Assembly (NCBI RefSeq): GCF_009914755.1
Contig: NC_060934.1
From: the human T2T-CHM13v2.0 reference genome, Homo sapiens
Reading direction: 5' to 3' (one strand)
Length of the DNA stretch: 64,000 bases
The notes under the pieces were generated by a model. That model did not search any database. It worked only from the letters and a program-made list of their open reading frames with translations, and had not been told where the DNA came from. Position numbers and translations under genes: made by a program. Below, one piece after another: positions 40,448 to 53,820 of this stretch; within the stretch, counting starts at the first letter, position 1, and every line of letters begins with the position of its first letter.

Positions 40448-43400
40448 TGTAGGGGCCTAGAAACAAGAACTTATCTGGAATAAAGGAGGAAAATGACCTC
40501 TTAGGAATCTGGTTGATTTTTGACAAGAAACAGTTGGTGATTTATAAAGTTCCCAAATTGTTTTTAAAAGATGATGGTATTTTTCTTGAAATTATCTAGA
40601 ACCCTCTACCTTTGTCTCCTTCATACCAGTGAGAGTCCTTGTCCCTAAATTCAGCTGCTCCCCCCAAATAATAACCTCTTCAATCCCCTACTCTCCTGAC
40701 CCACTCAAACTTGAGGTTAGAGCACCGGACAGTAGTTAGAGAAATTTTTGGCAATATAAAGGAAAAAAATTTTAATTTGAGCAACAGATGGACAATTGCA
40801 TATTTCATTGTGGTTGGCAGCTTGCCTTTTCTTAAAGGGGCATTCACGAGCCCTGCCAACGGGGGCCTCAGGTGCTCCCAGCTGGTTCCCACTAACCAGG
40901 GTGGGCATGGGTCCAAGGCATCTTCATGCCGGGCCCCGCTGACATCTTCAAGTGCACTGCAGCCTCAGGACCCTGACTGGCTCCCAGCCAGGGTGACTGC
41001 TTTGTGCAGTGAATCAAAGTCACTGACCATTTCTGGAACCAGAGATGGTGTCTGAAGACATCCTCAAATCCACAGCAGGCTACTGCTTTCTCTCAAAGAA
41101 GGGGCAGCCCTTACTTTCCAGCAATCCCATTATCCCATCTGTTTTCCAGGCAAATGCAAGTGGCAACCCTCCACCAAGTTGTCTTTCACGCACACATGTA
41201 CTTCTTTAATTGTTTGGGGAATTTGGAGGTCATGAGCTTGGGAGACTACAAGCTAGTGACTTTAAAAACACAGAATGCTAGACCTAAAAACATCCTTGAC
41301 CTCATGTACCACGCCTGTGTTTAATTTAAAGGGTAAGGAAAGTGAGACTCTAAAGTCATACCCAGTGTGGAGCAGTGTTCAGTCCCCGGGTCCGTGAAGC
41401 AAACCCTCCCACTCAGGTAACACCCAGGCATCCCCAATCTAGCAAACGAGTTCCTCCTGGGACTCCCTTTTTCTCTCCCCAGACAAAACAATGTGCCCGT
41501 TGCATCCTGGTGACAGCACAGCAGTAGCACGGCTGGCCATTTCCTTCTTGTCCATCAGGCCGTCTCCACCTCCATCTGGGGGGCAGATTGGATCTTGCCA
41601 GGTTTTAGATCTCAAGCCCGACATTTAGTAGCACTCAATAAAGATTCGCTAGGACATTGCAACAGTGCATTGGCATTGATGTTTCTCTCCATCCTGGCAT
41701 GTTATGCAACAAAAGACTCTTCCCAAGGATGATCCAAGAATCCCAGAAAATGCAGCTCTCAGAAACTTATGCTGAACCTTTCCAATTTCAGAAAGAATCC
41801 CCCCCTGGCTAAATCAGACACTCAGTTGGCTCCGATGTGGATGACTCCACACAGACAAAATGCAGAAGCCCTGAGGCTGAGCCAGGGTCTAGCAAGAGAG
41901 ACAGAGAGTTCCTGCCAGCAGCCACTCCCTCTCTCCCCAACAGGGGAGGCACAGGGCAGCCCCAATGTGGACGGGACTCTGTCTGTTCTGCCAAGGTCAT
42001 GAGTATTCCTATCCACTCAGAAGCCACTCTAGCTCCACTCTCTCCCTTTCTGGATTCCTGTGAAAACCAAAATCAAATACGTGTTAGGTTACCATTCTCC
42101 AAAATGAGAATCCCTGATACAGAGCAACAGAAACTAACATGTATTTAACACAGGGCACGTGGAACTCTTGGTTAACACCTCCTGACTCCAGATTTGAGGA
42201 AGACTCGCCAGTGACCCGCAGAACTCCTATTTCTAATTGCTTTCTCCTTGATTGTTATTTAATTTTCGTTTCTGAGCCTCCAGCTGCCTTACCACGTATG
42301 CCACCACCACCCGAAGCCTGACTCATCTTTCCTGGAGGTAGCACTGACTCTCAGTGCTGAGCAATTCGAGCCACTGGGGGGTGACGGGAAGAGGGAGCCG
42401 GCACAGCTCGTGCAGTGAGCTCCAACACATCACCATCTTGGGATGGTTTTGATAGCTCCTCTTTTGGAGCTATGATCAGTTATCACGTCAGTACGTAATA
42501 TAAAACGGCACTCCACTAAATGGCACATCAGGGGGACCATGACCTGGACATTTTTCACTTCCAGCAACACTTCCACTTGTTACGGGAGCACAGAAACATT
42601 TTCTAATGCTTTTTATTCTTTGAATTCCCTTTCTCTACTGCCTTGGAAAAATTTAACAAACCAGGATGCAGTAGAAAACTTGTTTTTGAAAAAAATTGTA
42701 GAAAAGCAAGGAAAGGATAAACATGTAATTCAAAGTAGAGGTGCATCAGGGGAGAGAAAGCAAGGGTGAGGATGAATGCATGACTGTAAAGTGCATCGTC
42801 CAAAATGGGACCCTCTGGGGAGTCCAAGGGGCACTGTCAGTAAAAGTGCCCCAACAACATGGTAAACCAGAATGGCCACACTCAGGACCGTAGACACACA
42901 CAGAGACTGTCGTTGTCATTCATCTAGAGTCTAGGTCTCCAGTCAGTTGTGGGTTTATGGGTGTTCATTACATTATTAATCCATGCATATGTAAAATAGG
43001 GCTATGCATGGTCGAATGATGACAGAGATTAATAAACTAAGGACCAGTACTAAAACAATTCTCTGCACCAGAAGTGCATTTTAAAAAATTAACACTCTTA
43101 TTGGTGAATCCAGCTAAAGATGGGGTTATGTCACCTTGTACTTCTTTATCATCATCCTTCTGCTCTTTATTATATAATTTTGTAATGTTCACCTCTCTCT
43201 CTTTCTCTCTCTCTCTCTCTCATTTTCTGTCTCTCTTTCTCTTCATACTCTAAATACAGGCATTTAAACCATTAATAGATCTTTCAGATCGACTGTCACA
43301 TTAGAACCCAGACTGCCAAACCCCAAACCACATCTTCTCTTTAATACATTTACTTCCTATTTTCTTTCCATTGACTCTAAAACCAAAAAAGCCCTGAATT

Positions 43401-43481
43401 ATGAATGGAGTTTTTGCTAAGCAAAATTAAAAGCACACATCTATTTTTCTTCTTCTTCCATGAGGACAGACTCTTCCTCTA

Positions 43482-43835
43482 TGTATTAGTCCATTTTCAC
43501 ACTGCTGTAAAGAACTGCCTGAGACTGGGTAAATTATAAAGAAAGAAGTTTGACTCACAGTTCTGCTGGGGAGAATCAGGAAACTTACAATCATGGCAGA
43601 TGGTGAAGGGGAAGCAAGTACCTTATTCACAAGGTGGCAGGAAAGAGAGTGAGTGAAGGAGAAACTGCCAAACACTTACAAATCATCAGATCTCTTGAGA
43701 ACTAACTATCTTGAGAACAGCATGGGGGAAACCACCCCCATGATCCAATCACCTCCCACCAGGTCCCTCCCTTGATACACGGGGATTACAACTCGAGATG
43801 AGATTTGGGTGGGGATGCAGAGCCAAACCGTATCA
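43482..43835 (-). mobile_element. THE1D/MSTA-type solo LTR
   Basis: tgtattagtccattttcacactgct...cagagccaaaccgtatca; perfect TSD CTCTA. Confidence 0.95.
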
Positions 43836-44419
43836 CTCTATATTTTAGTCACTACAGTCATTTATTCATTCATCTACCCAACCAACCAACCATTTATTAC
43901 ACACTGTTCATAGGGCACTGTGACAGACACTGGAAAGGAGACAATAGTAGTTCATGTCACCTGATCCCTGCCTTCTAGGAATGTACTGTCAAAAGGCAGT
44001 TTATAAGCACCCAAATGAGCATGGCAGGTAAGAACCATTGTAGACAACTGGTGAGGTGAGCGCTCAGGAGCTGGACAGGATCATTAACCAGGTGTTCACA
44101 GTGCAATATTAACTGTGTGTGTAAGGAAGACTTGTGTCATCCAGCCCATCTGGAAGATAAGTATGGTTGTCTGGTTAACCAATTTCCCTATTTTGGGGAA
44201 AGTTTCCTTAGTCTGAACCTAAATTGCCAATTATAAAGGGAGTGTTTATTTTCTACTCAGATACTTATCTTCAAGCATTCCAAGACAAGATGCTCAGCTG
44301 ACCACAGAAGGGTAAGAGTCCTCAAAAAAGGCAGTAAGTGTAAGACAGAAGCAAATTTTTTTGTGGAGAACATTAAGAGACACTTGACCCCTGAGAGTTC
44401 AAGCTTCAGGCTCAATAGC

Positions 44420-45093
44420 CAGCAGCTTGGCTGACATCTCTACTCATTATCCAATGAGAATTAAAACCTAACACGTCTAAAACACAGCTGCCCATTCCCC
44501 TTCCCCAGCTGGACCCTGCAGCACTTTCTTCATCTCAGCAAGTGGCCAATATACCCTTCCAGCTGCCAACCATGGGTGGCCTCTTTCTCCTCTTTACTCT
44601 CACACTTGATGTCTGATCCACCAAAACACTCAGTTGGCCTGATTCCCACAACAGACCCAGAATCTGACCCCTTCTTATGCCTCTACCCACCCACCCCATT
44701 CAAGCCACCATCCTCTCATCTGGACTAGTGAAGGGGTCTCCTGGAGCTGTTACCCCGCGCCCTCTACCATCTCATCTCAACACAGCTTATGTTCAATTTT
44801 CTGACCGATGCCCACAGGCCCTGGACAATCAGGCCCTTCCATTAACTCCTGACTTCATTTCCTCCTTGCTCCCCCTTGCCCATACTGTGTGTCCCTCCTG
44901 GAGACTTCCAGTCTTGCTGCTTTGTACTGGACATCTGCCTTGCTTCCCTCCTGTGACCTCATACTCCTTTACTTTGCTCACTTTGGTACTCCCAGCACCT
45001 ACACCAGTCCCTGGTGCACAGCAAGCACTCCGTACCTATTTGTTGAATGTGGTGAATGAATGAATGAATGAATGAATGAATGAATGAATGAAT
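44420..45093 (+). mobile_element. L2 fragments ending in a (GAAT)n tail
   Basis: gctgacatctctact; cagaatctgacccc; caagccaccatcctctc; tatttgttgaatg(gaat)n. Confidence 0.75.
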
Positions 45094-48000
45094 GCCATCT
45101 GGAATGTTTGATCCCAAAGCCCTGTGTCAAAGTTGGTGAAGACACCCCATGGGAGGACCAAACTGATATTGCTGGAAGTTTTGATGTAAATTTGGGATGT
45201 GGCTCCTTGGAGCAAAAGATTCCATTTGTCATCACACTCAGAGGAACCGTTCCCACCCCTGTGAATGAGGGCCCTAAGCAGCCTTCCCAGTACCCACAGA
45301 CCAACTAGGCTTCTACTGTGGGACCCAGACTTTCAGAGAGACAATGTCATCTTGTCCACATTTGGCAGTTATACTGCATCCCTTAAAAGCCACTCTAAGT
45401 GAGAAATGTACATTCTACTTTCAGGGGGAAAAAAAAAGAAAGAAACTTTCCTTGAGTCAATTAGATGACCCCATGGCCAAAATCAAAATTCCACATTAAG
45501 AAGAATATTCAGGAATAATGTCAGTGACTTGGGCCCCCACACAATACTTGGGCTCAGCCCCACCAGACTACAGCCACTCCGATATGCTGTTTCCCTCTTC
45601 CCCAGGGGACCTCCTTCATCCTTTCCCAGGAGAAAGACCCCCTGGCTCCAAGCTGGACAATTGCATCCATGACACCATTGCAAACTCTAATCCACCCTAA
45701 ACCCAACAAACTTCCAGATCAAATGCTTCTGCTCTGCACTCCCTTCACCCCGAAATCATCCAGGTCTTTGTGGAGACTCTGCATTCCAGGATTTCAATGA
45801 TGTCCCCAACACAAATCCATAGTGGACAAACAGGGAGTGCACTCCAATATGCTAATTTTCCAAGTTAGTGATAAGAGATAAGCGTAAACCTGGATCTGTC
45901 ATTATCACCTTCTTGGACTTCATCAGCCAAATGACAGCCTGAAAACAAAGATGCTTTCAGACAGGCAAAGAGTAGCCCCTTAAGAAGGCAGACAACAGGA
46001 CTTGGAACAGGCAGGCCGCACCTGCAGTGCCCTGTGACTTGTCTGAGGATCACAGTCAGTGAATCTAGAACCCTCCCTCCAACCTGCTCCTCCTAGCCCA
46101 GGTCCTGATCCCCATTCACCTTCAGGAAGCCGAGCTACCTTGCTGTTGATTCTGTCAGCGTGTCCTGCACCAGCCCAACTCTGCCTCTAACTCAGCAGGT
46201 AAGGCTGGTTTCACAGTCAAGGTCGCACGTGCCCTGGGCAGGCAGACTCCCACAGCTTATTTCTGCAACGGCAGGCTGACACCAGTACTTAATCTGCCCA
46301 ATTTGTGATGTGGATTTTTCCCTGCTGCAGTGTCTAGCACAATGTAGCTACTCAAAAAATAAATGCCTGTATGAGACATCACGGTAGGACTCCTAAAAGA
46401 TCATTATGATGCCCTGAATCCGACTTTTATTCACAAACCGGGTCCCCTATGAATGCCCAGCTCTCTTTGCCACTTTCCTGACCCAATATTAACAAGGCAG
46501 GAGCTGCTACTGATGGGACATTGAGTGAAGATCCCCATAGAGGGTCCATAAGGAAAGACACACTCTTCCTCATCTGAGCACTGGCCTCAAGGTAGCAGGG
46601 CCAACCAAGGAAGAGGACACAGACATGATAACAAAAAAACTTCACAAGCCATAAAGAAAACACCACCACTACCATCGAGGTTGCTTCCTTTGGCCAACCC
46701 TGGGTTGACAGACATGCTCCTCTGCAAGCCCCGCCAACCTACCACTGAGTCTTTTGTAGCAACAGAAGGTGAGTCATCCCCACTGTGGGGGGACAGCACC
46801 TCCCTACCAGGAAACAGTTTGTAGCAAACCGTCCACAATATGAAAATGTATTTAATGCAATTAATAATTTAAGAAGTGAGAGCATGTGCTTTTGGAGAGT
46901 TAAATGCTTGTCAGAGTGAGCGATGCACGCTTCACCACCAATACATTTCGTATGAAGAGCAGAGGGATTTTGCAAACTTGTGTTGACCTTGGGTTGCCGT
47001 ATATAGGAGGCAGATTGCAAAGGCAGGCCTACTTAAGGAGGAACAGTGCTTCAGCTCCCAATTTACAGCCCTTTCTCCAATTAAAGGACTGTAAAAACAT
47101 TAAAATTAATGCAGTCTTAACTCCTAGAGCAGGCCCTACTTTCTTAATTAGTGCATAATTATTCAGTTTTTGATATCCTGGAAAATTATCACATGGAAAT
47201 TATTTTAGGCCGAGTAACAATAGCAAAAACTCCCTCCCCCAACTCTATTAACATGTGGAAGTAATTAACACTTTATTACAGTGAAAATACTATTACTGCT
47301 AATGTTTAATGACTTTTGCCATTGCATCCTAAGCAGGAAATTCAGAACACTATGGAATGATAGTTTCCTATAAATATATTACAAATGACTCTGCAAAGAT
47401 TGTGATAGTTTGAACTAGCTGCATTAAAAATCAGGAGGCCATAGACATTCAGTTGCTAAAAGCTTCATGAGCAGAGATACATAATTCGGTGTGAACTCAC
47501 AGGAAGATGGCACGGAATCATCATTTAGGCATGGCCTGGACAGGCAGCCCGGGCACAATCTCAGCTGTGGCCTGCTGTTAATAAAACAGCATCCTCTCTG
47601 CTGTGCTAATGGATACTTTTAAATGGATAGCCAAACTGTTGGAAGTTCAAGACATTGGAAAAAAATTACAATTAAATGGCTCCAGCTGAACGAACCAGAA
47701 ATGATAGCAGAACTTAATATTTCTACAATCGGGAGGAATTAGTGGTGTTTGGAGTAGGGTAAAAATTATGATCGCTCTTACATAAATATCTAAAAATACA
47801 GATGCCTACTTAAGTTGACGTATAACAAGAAAAACTTGCACACGATACCTTTATAAGAAACTGAAAGGGAAAGACAGTTTGTTTCTGCCTGTGCCATGGA
47901 GCCTAGTTTGGAGGGAACAGAAGAAAGAGGGTCTTCCTAGGACCACTTTCAAAGTTGTAATCAGGGACATCTTGTGAATAAACCATTGTTCACCACTGTG

Positions 48001-49004
48001 TGCATTCAGGAACTGGAAATGTTAGCTTCTTTTTAATTTTAATTTTATTCGTTTACTTAATGAATTTTTTTTTGGAAAATTGTGTTGAAACCTCTATGAA
48101 AGAAGCATTGCAGAAAGGGTAGCAAAAAGCAAAAAGCACTCCAAATAAATATGGGATGGATATGGGGTAGAAAATGCAGGTGACTTCAGCTAAGTTGCTT
48201 GAAATGTCCTCTATGTCAAGTGCCAGGTTTGCCATTAATGGTGCCCTCATGATGCAGCCAAGTCTACAGCACTCTAAAGTTTTATTACTGACTTTGAGTA
48301 GTTCTAAAAAATTTTCATACACCATCTTGTTTTCTGAGTCTTTTTTTTCCTTTGTTTCCATGCATTCCTGGGGTTTTAGTTAGTTCCCTTGGAGGAAAAA
48401 TGTCTCAGAAACATTTCTCAGGCAGAGGGAAACACACCTATGTCCTTCCTATAGTGGATAGAACAACAATTTACATCATTCAGAAAACTTTCAAATGGCT
48501 TCAAACCCATGCAATTGCTTTGATCCTAAAACACACTTGGGACCTGTAAGCTAAGCTGGCGGGGTCAAAGAAAACATAGCTCAAGTCATCTGAGGCACTC
48601 TGCCCAGAACGGGGGTGCTGGGGAAGAGGGGTGCCCCTTCGTGAGACACACTGGGGCTCTGGGCGAGACCAGCCACAGCAGAAAGTGTCCAGGACTCTCT
48701 CACTCAAACCCCACTCCCTCCTTCAGAGAAGGGAGCACCACCACCTCCCTGACACTGAGCAGCCAGCCGAGGAGGGCAACATCACCTCTTCCTTTGTAGG
48801 AATGAATCCTGTTTTCTGCAGGTCTCATTTACCACCAGAAGGTAGGGCTTTAGGTTGTTAGCTCTAAGTCCCTTGAAGACACAGACAGTGTCTCATGTTC
48901 TTTGCATTCCTTTGGGCTCTGTGAATATGAATACACCTGTATTCATACGCAGGAGGGGCAATTGGGGTCATGACAGGGGGTATAGACCATGAAGGAGGGA
49001 GCTG

Positions 49005-49139
49005 AGGCTGAATCCTGGTCCGTCTCTTTACAGGCTGTGTGAGGGTGGGCAGCTTACTCACTCTCAGCAGCCCACTTCCCTGGGAGAACACTGGTAGTAC
49101 TTGCCTCAGAGGACTGCTGCAAGGTTAAAGGATTCATAT
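49005..49139 (+). mobile_element. MIR 5' part (host of the Tigger1)
   Basis: ctgaatcctgg...ggctgtgtgagggtgggcag...gtacttgcctcagagg; resumes at 52801. Confidence 0.65.
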
Positions 49140-49144
49140 GCAGG

Positions 49145-49676
49145 TGTATTAGTCGGGGTCCTCTAAAGGGAAAGGACTAATAGGATAGATGTACATATGA
49201 AGGGGAGTTTATCAGGAGAATTGACTCACACGATCACAAGTCCCACAATAGGCTGTCTGCAGGCTAAGGAGCAAGGAAGCCAGTCTGAGCCCCAAAACCT
49301 CAACAGAAGGGAAGCCGACAGTGCAGCCTTCAGTCTGTGGCCAAAGGCCGTGGCAAACCACTGGTGTAAGTTCAAGATTCTAAAAGCTGAAGAACTTGGA
49401 GTCCCATGTTCGAGGGCAGGAAGCATCCAGCAGGGAGAAAGTTGAAGGCTGGAAGACTCAGCCAGTCAAGTTCTTCCACATTCTTCTGCCTGCTTTATTC
49501 TGGCCGCACCGACAGCTAATTGGATGGTGCCCACCCAGATTGAAGATGGGTCTGCGTCTCCCACCCCACTGACTCAAATGTTAATCTCCTTTGGCAATAC
49601 CCTCACAGACACACCCAAGAACAATACTTTGCATCCTTCAATCCAATCAAGTTGACACTTAGTATTAACCATCACA
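49145..49676 (-). mobile_element. MLT2A solo LTR (ERVL)
   Basis: tgtattagtcggggtcctcta...ggactaataggatag...caatccaatcaagttgacacttagtattaaccatcaca. Confidence 0.93.
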
Positions 49677-49874
49677 ACAAGAGTACCAAGGAGATGCTGT
49701 GGGTTTGGTTCCAGACCACTGCCATAAAGTGGATATCACAGTAAGATGGGTCACGTGGATTTTTTGGGTTCCCAGTGCATATAAAGCTGTGTTTACACTA
49801 CACTGTGGTCTATTAAGTGTGTAATAGCATGATGTCTAAAAAAATGTACATGTCTGAATTTAAAAAATATTTTA

Positions 49875-50178
<304 letters not shown>

Positions 50179-52135
50179 GTTAATACCTTATTGCTACTTA
50201 TGCTAAAAAATGTTAAAGATCATGAGCTGTCAGCAAGTCATAATCTTTTTGCTAGTTGAGAGTCTTGCCTTGATGTTGATGTCTGCTGACTAATTAGGAT
50301 GGTGGTTGTTGAAAGTGGGGTGACTGGCAATTTCTTAAAATAGACAACAATGAAATTTGCCACATTGGTTGACTCTTCCCTTCATGAAAGATTTTTCTGA
50401 AGCATGCAATGCTGCTTGATAGCGTTTTACCCGCAGTATAACTTCTTTCAAAACTGGAGCCAAGTCTCTCAAACCTTACCACTGCTTTATCAACTAAGTT
50501 TATGTAATATTGTAAATCCTCTGTTGTCAATTTCAGCAATGTCCACAGCATTTTCACCAAAAATATATTCTATCTTAAGAAACCACTTTCTTTGCTCATC
50601 TATCCATAAGAAGCAACTCCTCATCCCTTCCAGTTTTATCATGAGATTGCAGCAATTCAGCCACATCTGCAGGCTTTAATTCCTAATTCTACTTCCCTTG
50701 CTGTTTCCAAAACATCTGCAGCTACTTCCTCCACTGAATTCTTGAACCCCTCATAGGGATCCATGGGGGTTGGAATCAACTTCTTCCAAAATCCAGTTAA
50801 TGTTGATATTTTGACCTCCTCCCATGAATCGTGAATGTCCTTAATGGCATCTAGAATAGCGAATCCTTTCCAGAAGGTTTTCAATTTTCTTTGCCCGGCT
50901 GCATCAGGACAATCATGATGTCCAGGCTATGGAAGCTATAGCTTTATGAAATGTATTTCTGACCTAATAAGATTTGAAAGTTAAAATTACACCTTGATTT
51001 ATGAACTGTGGAATGGATGTTGGGTTAGCAGTCATGAAAACAACATTCATCTCCTTGTACATCTCCATCAGAGCTCTTGGGTGATCAGGTGCATTGTCAA
51101 TGAGCAGTAATATTTTGAAAAGAATCTTTCTCTGAGTGGTAGGTCTCAATAGTGGGCTTAAAATATTCAGTAAACCATGCTACAAAGAGATGTTCTGCCA
51201 TCCAGGCATTGCTCTTCCAATTATAGAGCACAGGCAGAGTAGAAGTAGCATAGTTCTTAAGGGCCCTAGGATTTTTAGAATGATAAATGAGATTTGGCTT
51301 CAATTTCAAGTCACCAGCTACCTTAGCCTGTAACAAGAGAATTAGTATGTACTTTGAAACTTTGAAGCTGGGCTCTGAGGTTTCCTCTCTAGCTATACAA
51401 GACCTACATGGCATCTTCTTCCAGTATAAGCTGTTTCATCTACCTTGAAAATCTCTCGTTCAGTATAGCCACCTTCATCAGTGCTTTTAGCTGGATCTTC
51501 TGGATAACTTGATGCAGCTTCTGCATCAGCACTTGCTGTTTCACCTTGCACTTTTATGCTATGGAGGTGACTTCTTTCCTTAAATCTCACGAACCAGCCT
51601 CTGCTAGCTTCATGCTTTTCTTCTGAAGCTTCCTCACCTCTCTCAGCCAGTATACAATTGAAGAGAGTTAGGGCCTTCCTCTGGATTCAGCTTTGGCTAT
51701 GGGAATGTTGTGGCTGGTTTGATCTTCCATCCAGACCACTAAAACATTTTCCATGTTAACAATAAGGTTCTTTTTGCTTTCTTATTATGTTTTTTGTTCA
51801 CTAGAGTATCATTTTTAATTTCCTTCAAGAACCTTTCCTTTGTGTTCACAACTTGGCTGTTTGGTACAAGAGGCCCAGCTTTCAGCCTATCTTGGCAGTG
51901 GACACGCCTTCCCTTCCTTACTCAGCTTAATCACTTCTAGCTTTTGATTTAAAGTGAGAGATATGTGACTCTTCCTTTCATTTGAACACTTAGAGACCAT
52001 TGCAGGGTTATTAATTGGCCTAATTTCAATATTGTTTTGTCTCAGGAAAAAGGGAGGCACAAGGAGAGGAAGAAGGATGGGGAGTGGCTGATTGGTGGAG
52101 CAGTCTGAACACAACACAGTTATTGAGTATGTTTA

Positions 52136-52501
52136 TGATATCGTTTGGTTTGGCTCTGTGTCCCCACCCAAATCTCACCTTGACTTGTAATAATCCCCAC
52201 GTGTCAATGGCGGGGCCAGGTGGAGATGATTGAATCATGGGGGTGGTTTCCCTCATACTGTTCTCATGATAGTGAGTGAGTTCTCGTGAGATCTGATGGT
52301 TTTATAAGTGTCTGGCATTTCCCCTGCTGGCACTTCTCCTGCCTGCTGCTGCTGCCATGTAAGATGTGTCTTCCACCTCCTGCCATGATTGTGAGGCCTC
52401 CCCAGCCGTGTGCAACTGTGGGTCCATTAAACCTCTCTTTCTTTATAAGTTACCCAGTCTCGGGTATGTCTTTATTAGCAGTGTGAGAAAAGACAAATAC
52501 A
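52136..52501 (+). mobile_element. THE1 (D-like) solo LTR nested in Tigger1
   Basis: tgatatcgtttggtttggctctgtgtccccacccaaatctc...agacaaataca; TSD gttta/gtttg. Confidence 0.93.
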
Positions 52502-52800
52502 GTTTGCAATCTTATTTAGGCATGGTTCACAATGTCCCCAAACATTTGCAATAGTAACATCAAAGGTCACTGATCACAGATCACCATAACAGACATCATA
52601 ATAATAACAAGTTTGAAATATTGTAAGAATTACCAAAATATGACACAGAGACATGAAGTGAGCACATGTTAGAAAAATGGCACTGACAGACTTGATGAAC
52701 TCAGGGTTGCCACCAAGTTTCAATTTGTTAAAAAAAAAAAAGTGTCTGTGAAGTTGTGAAGTTCAACAAAGTGATGTGCAAATGACAAGGCATACCTGTA

Positions 52801-52890
52801 TAAGTGCAAGCAGCACAGTAATGGCCTTTAGTAAGGGCTCCATCGGAGTTTGCTGTTGCTACCACTGCTACTACTATTATTACTACTACG
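52801..52890 (+). mobile_element. MIR 3' part
   Basis: gcacagtaatggcctttagtaagggctc followed by a (TAC/TAT)n tail. Confidence 0.6.
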
Positions 52891-53599
52891 AGCATGCCCA
52901 CGTCACTGGTGGAACTGAGAGTTCTCTCAATTGTACAAGAAAAGTTGTGAAAGCCATCAGTTCTGCAATGATGACACATGAAGCCTGTTACCATCAGAAC
53001 TCTCCCCTCTCCCCAGGCTGCTCCACTGAGTGTCCAATGTGACACATTCTGTGCTTTCTGTCTGCTACTCTCATTTCCAGCTAATTTCCTGCCTTGAAAG
53101 TCTTGCTCACGAACATGAGGCAGAAGGCACAGAGCCCTCCTTTCCACCCTGCCTCTGGAGCCCACGAGGGTCTGGGGTAAGCCTGGAAGACAAAACAGAC
53201 CCAAGTACATCTACTTGTGAACTAAGTGCCCATGACCTGACCAGTGTCAGCACTGTCTTCCTAGCCTGAGACAGGGAAGAAGCCATGCCCCAGGGAGGAC
53301 CCCAAGGAGGACCTGAGCCCTCCCTATGAGTGCCTCTGGGGAGCAGAAGACCAGAGGCAGGAGAAAAGAGAAGAAACTGGGTGCAAAGGAAAATCAGAGG
53401 AGGCGTGAGGGGATGATGGATAAAAGACCTCACGACCCAGTCATCACATGCCTACATGTGGGCCAAGGGAAACTCTCCCACACTACACAGGAGACTCGTG
53501 AAGGGATGTCCACAGCAGAACTTCTCATGCTGGACAAACTGGAAATTATCTCTCAGACTGCCTTCCGGTCCACGGCTGGGAAAACGGGGCCTATAAACA

Positions 53600-53820
53600 G
53601 ATACATATTCACAGAATGCAACATGCACAGAAATTACGTGACTGGACCACAACTGCTTACAACATGGACGAATCTTGAAATACAATTGTGAGTGAAAAAA
53701 AGTTGGCCCTAGAAGGCTGCATGTGGAATGATACCATTTTTATAAGCCCAAGATTAAACAAAACTACATAATGTACTGTCAAACATGCATACATGTCTAA
53801 TAAAACCAAAATTTTAATTC
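53600..53820 (+). mobile_element. L1ME 3' fragment
   Basis: aacatggacgaatcttgaaatacaattgtgagtgaaaaaag. Confidence 0.65.

Noticed and set aside
50294-52117. Tigger1 ORFs as a domesticated TIGD-type gene
   Set aside because: Broken into six or more frames by stops and frameshifts
52728-53691. Cluster of 100-160-aa ORFs
   Set aside because: No recognisable domain; they overlap on both strands and run into the MIR tail and Tigger end
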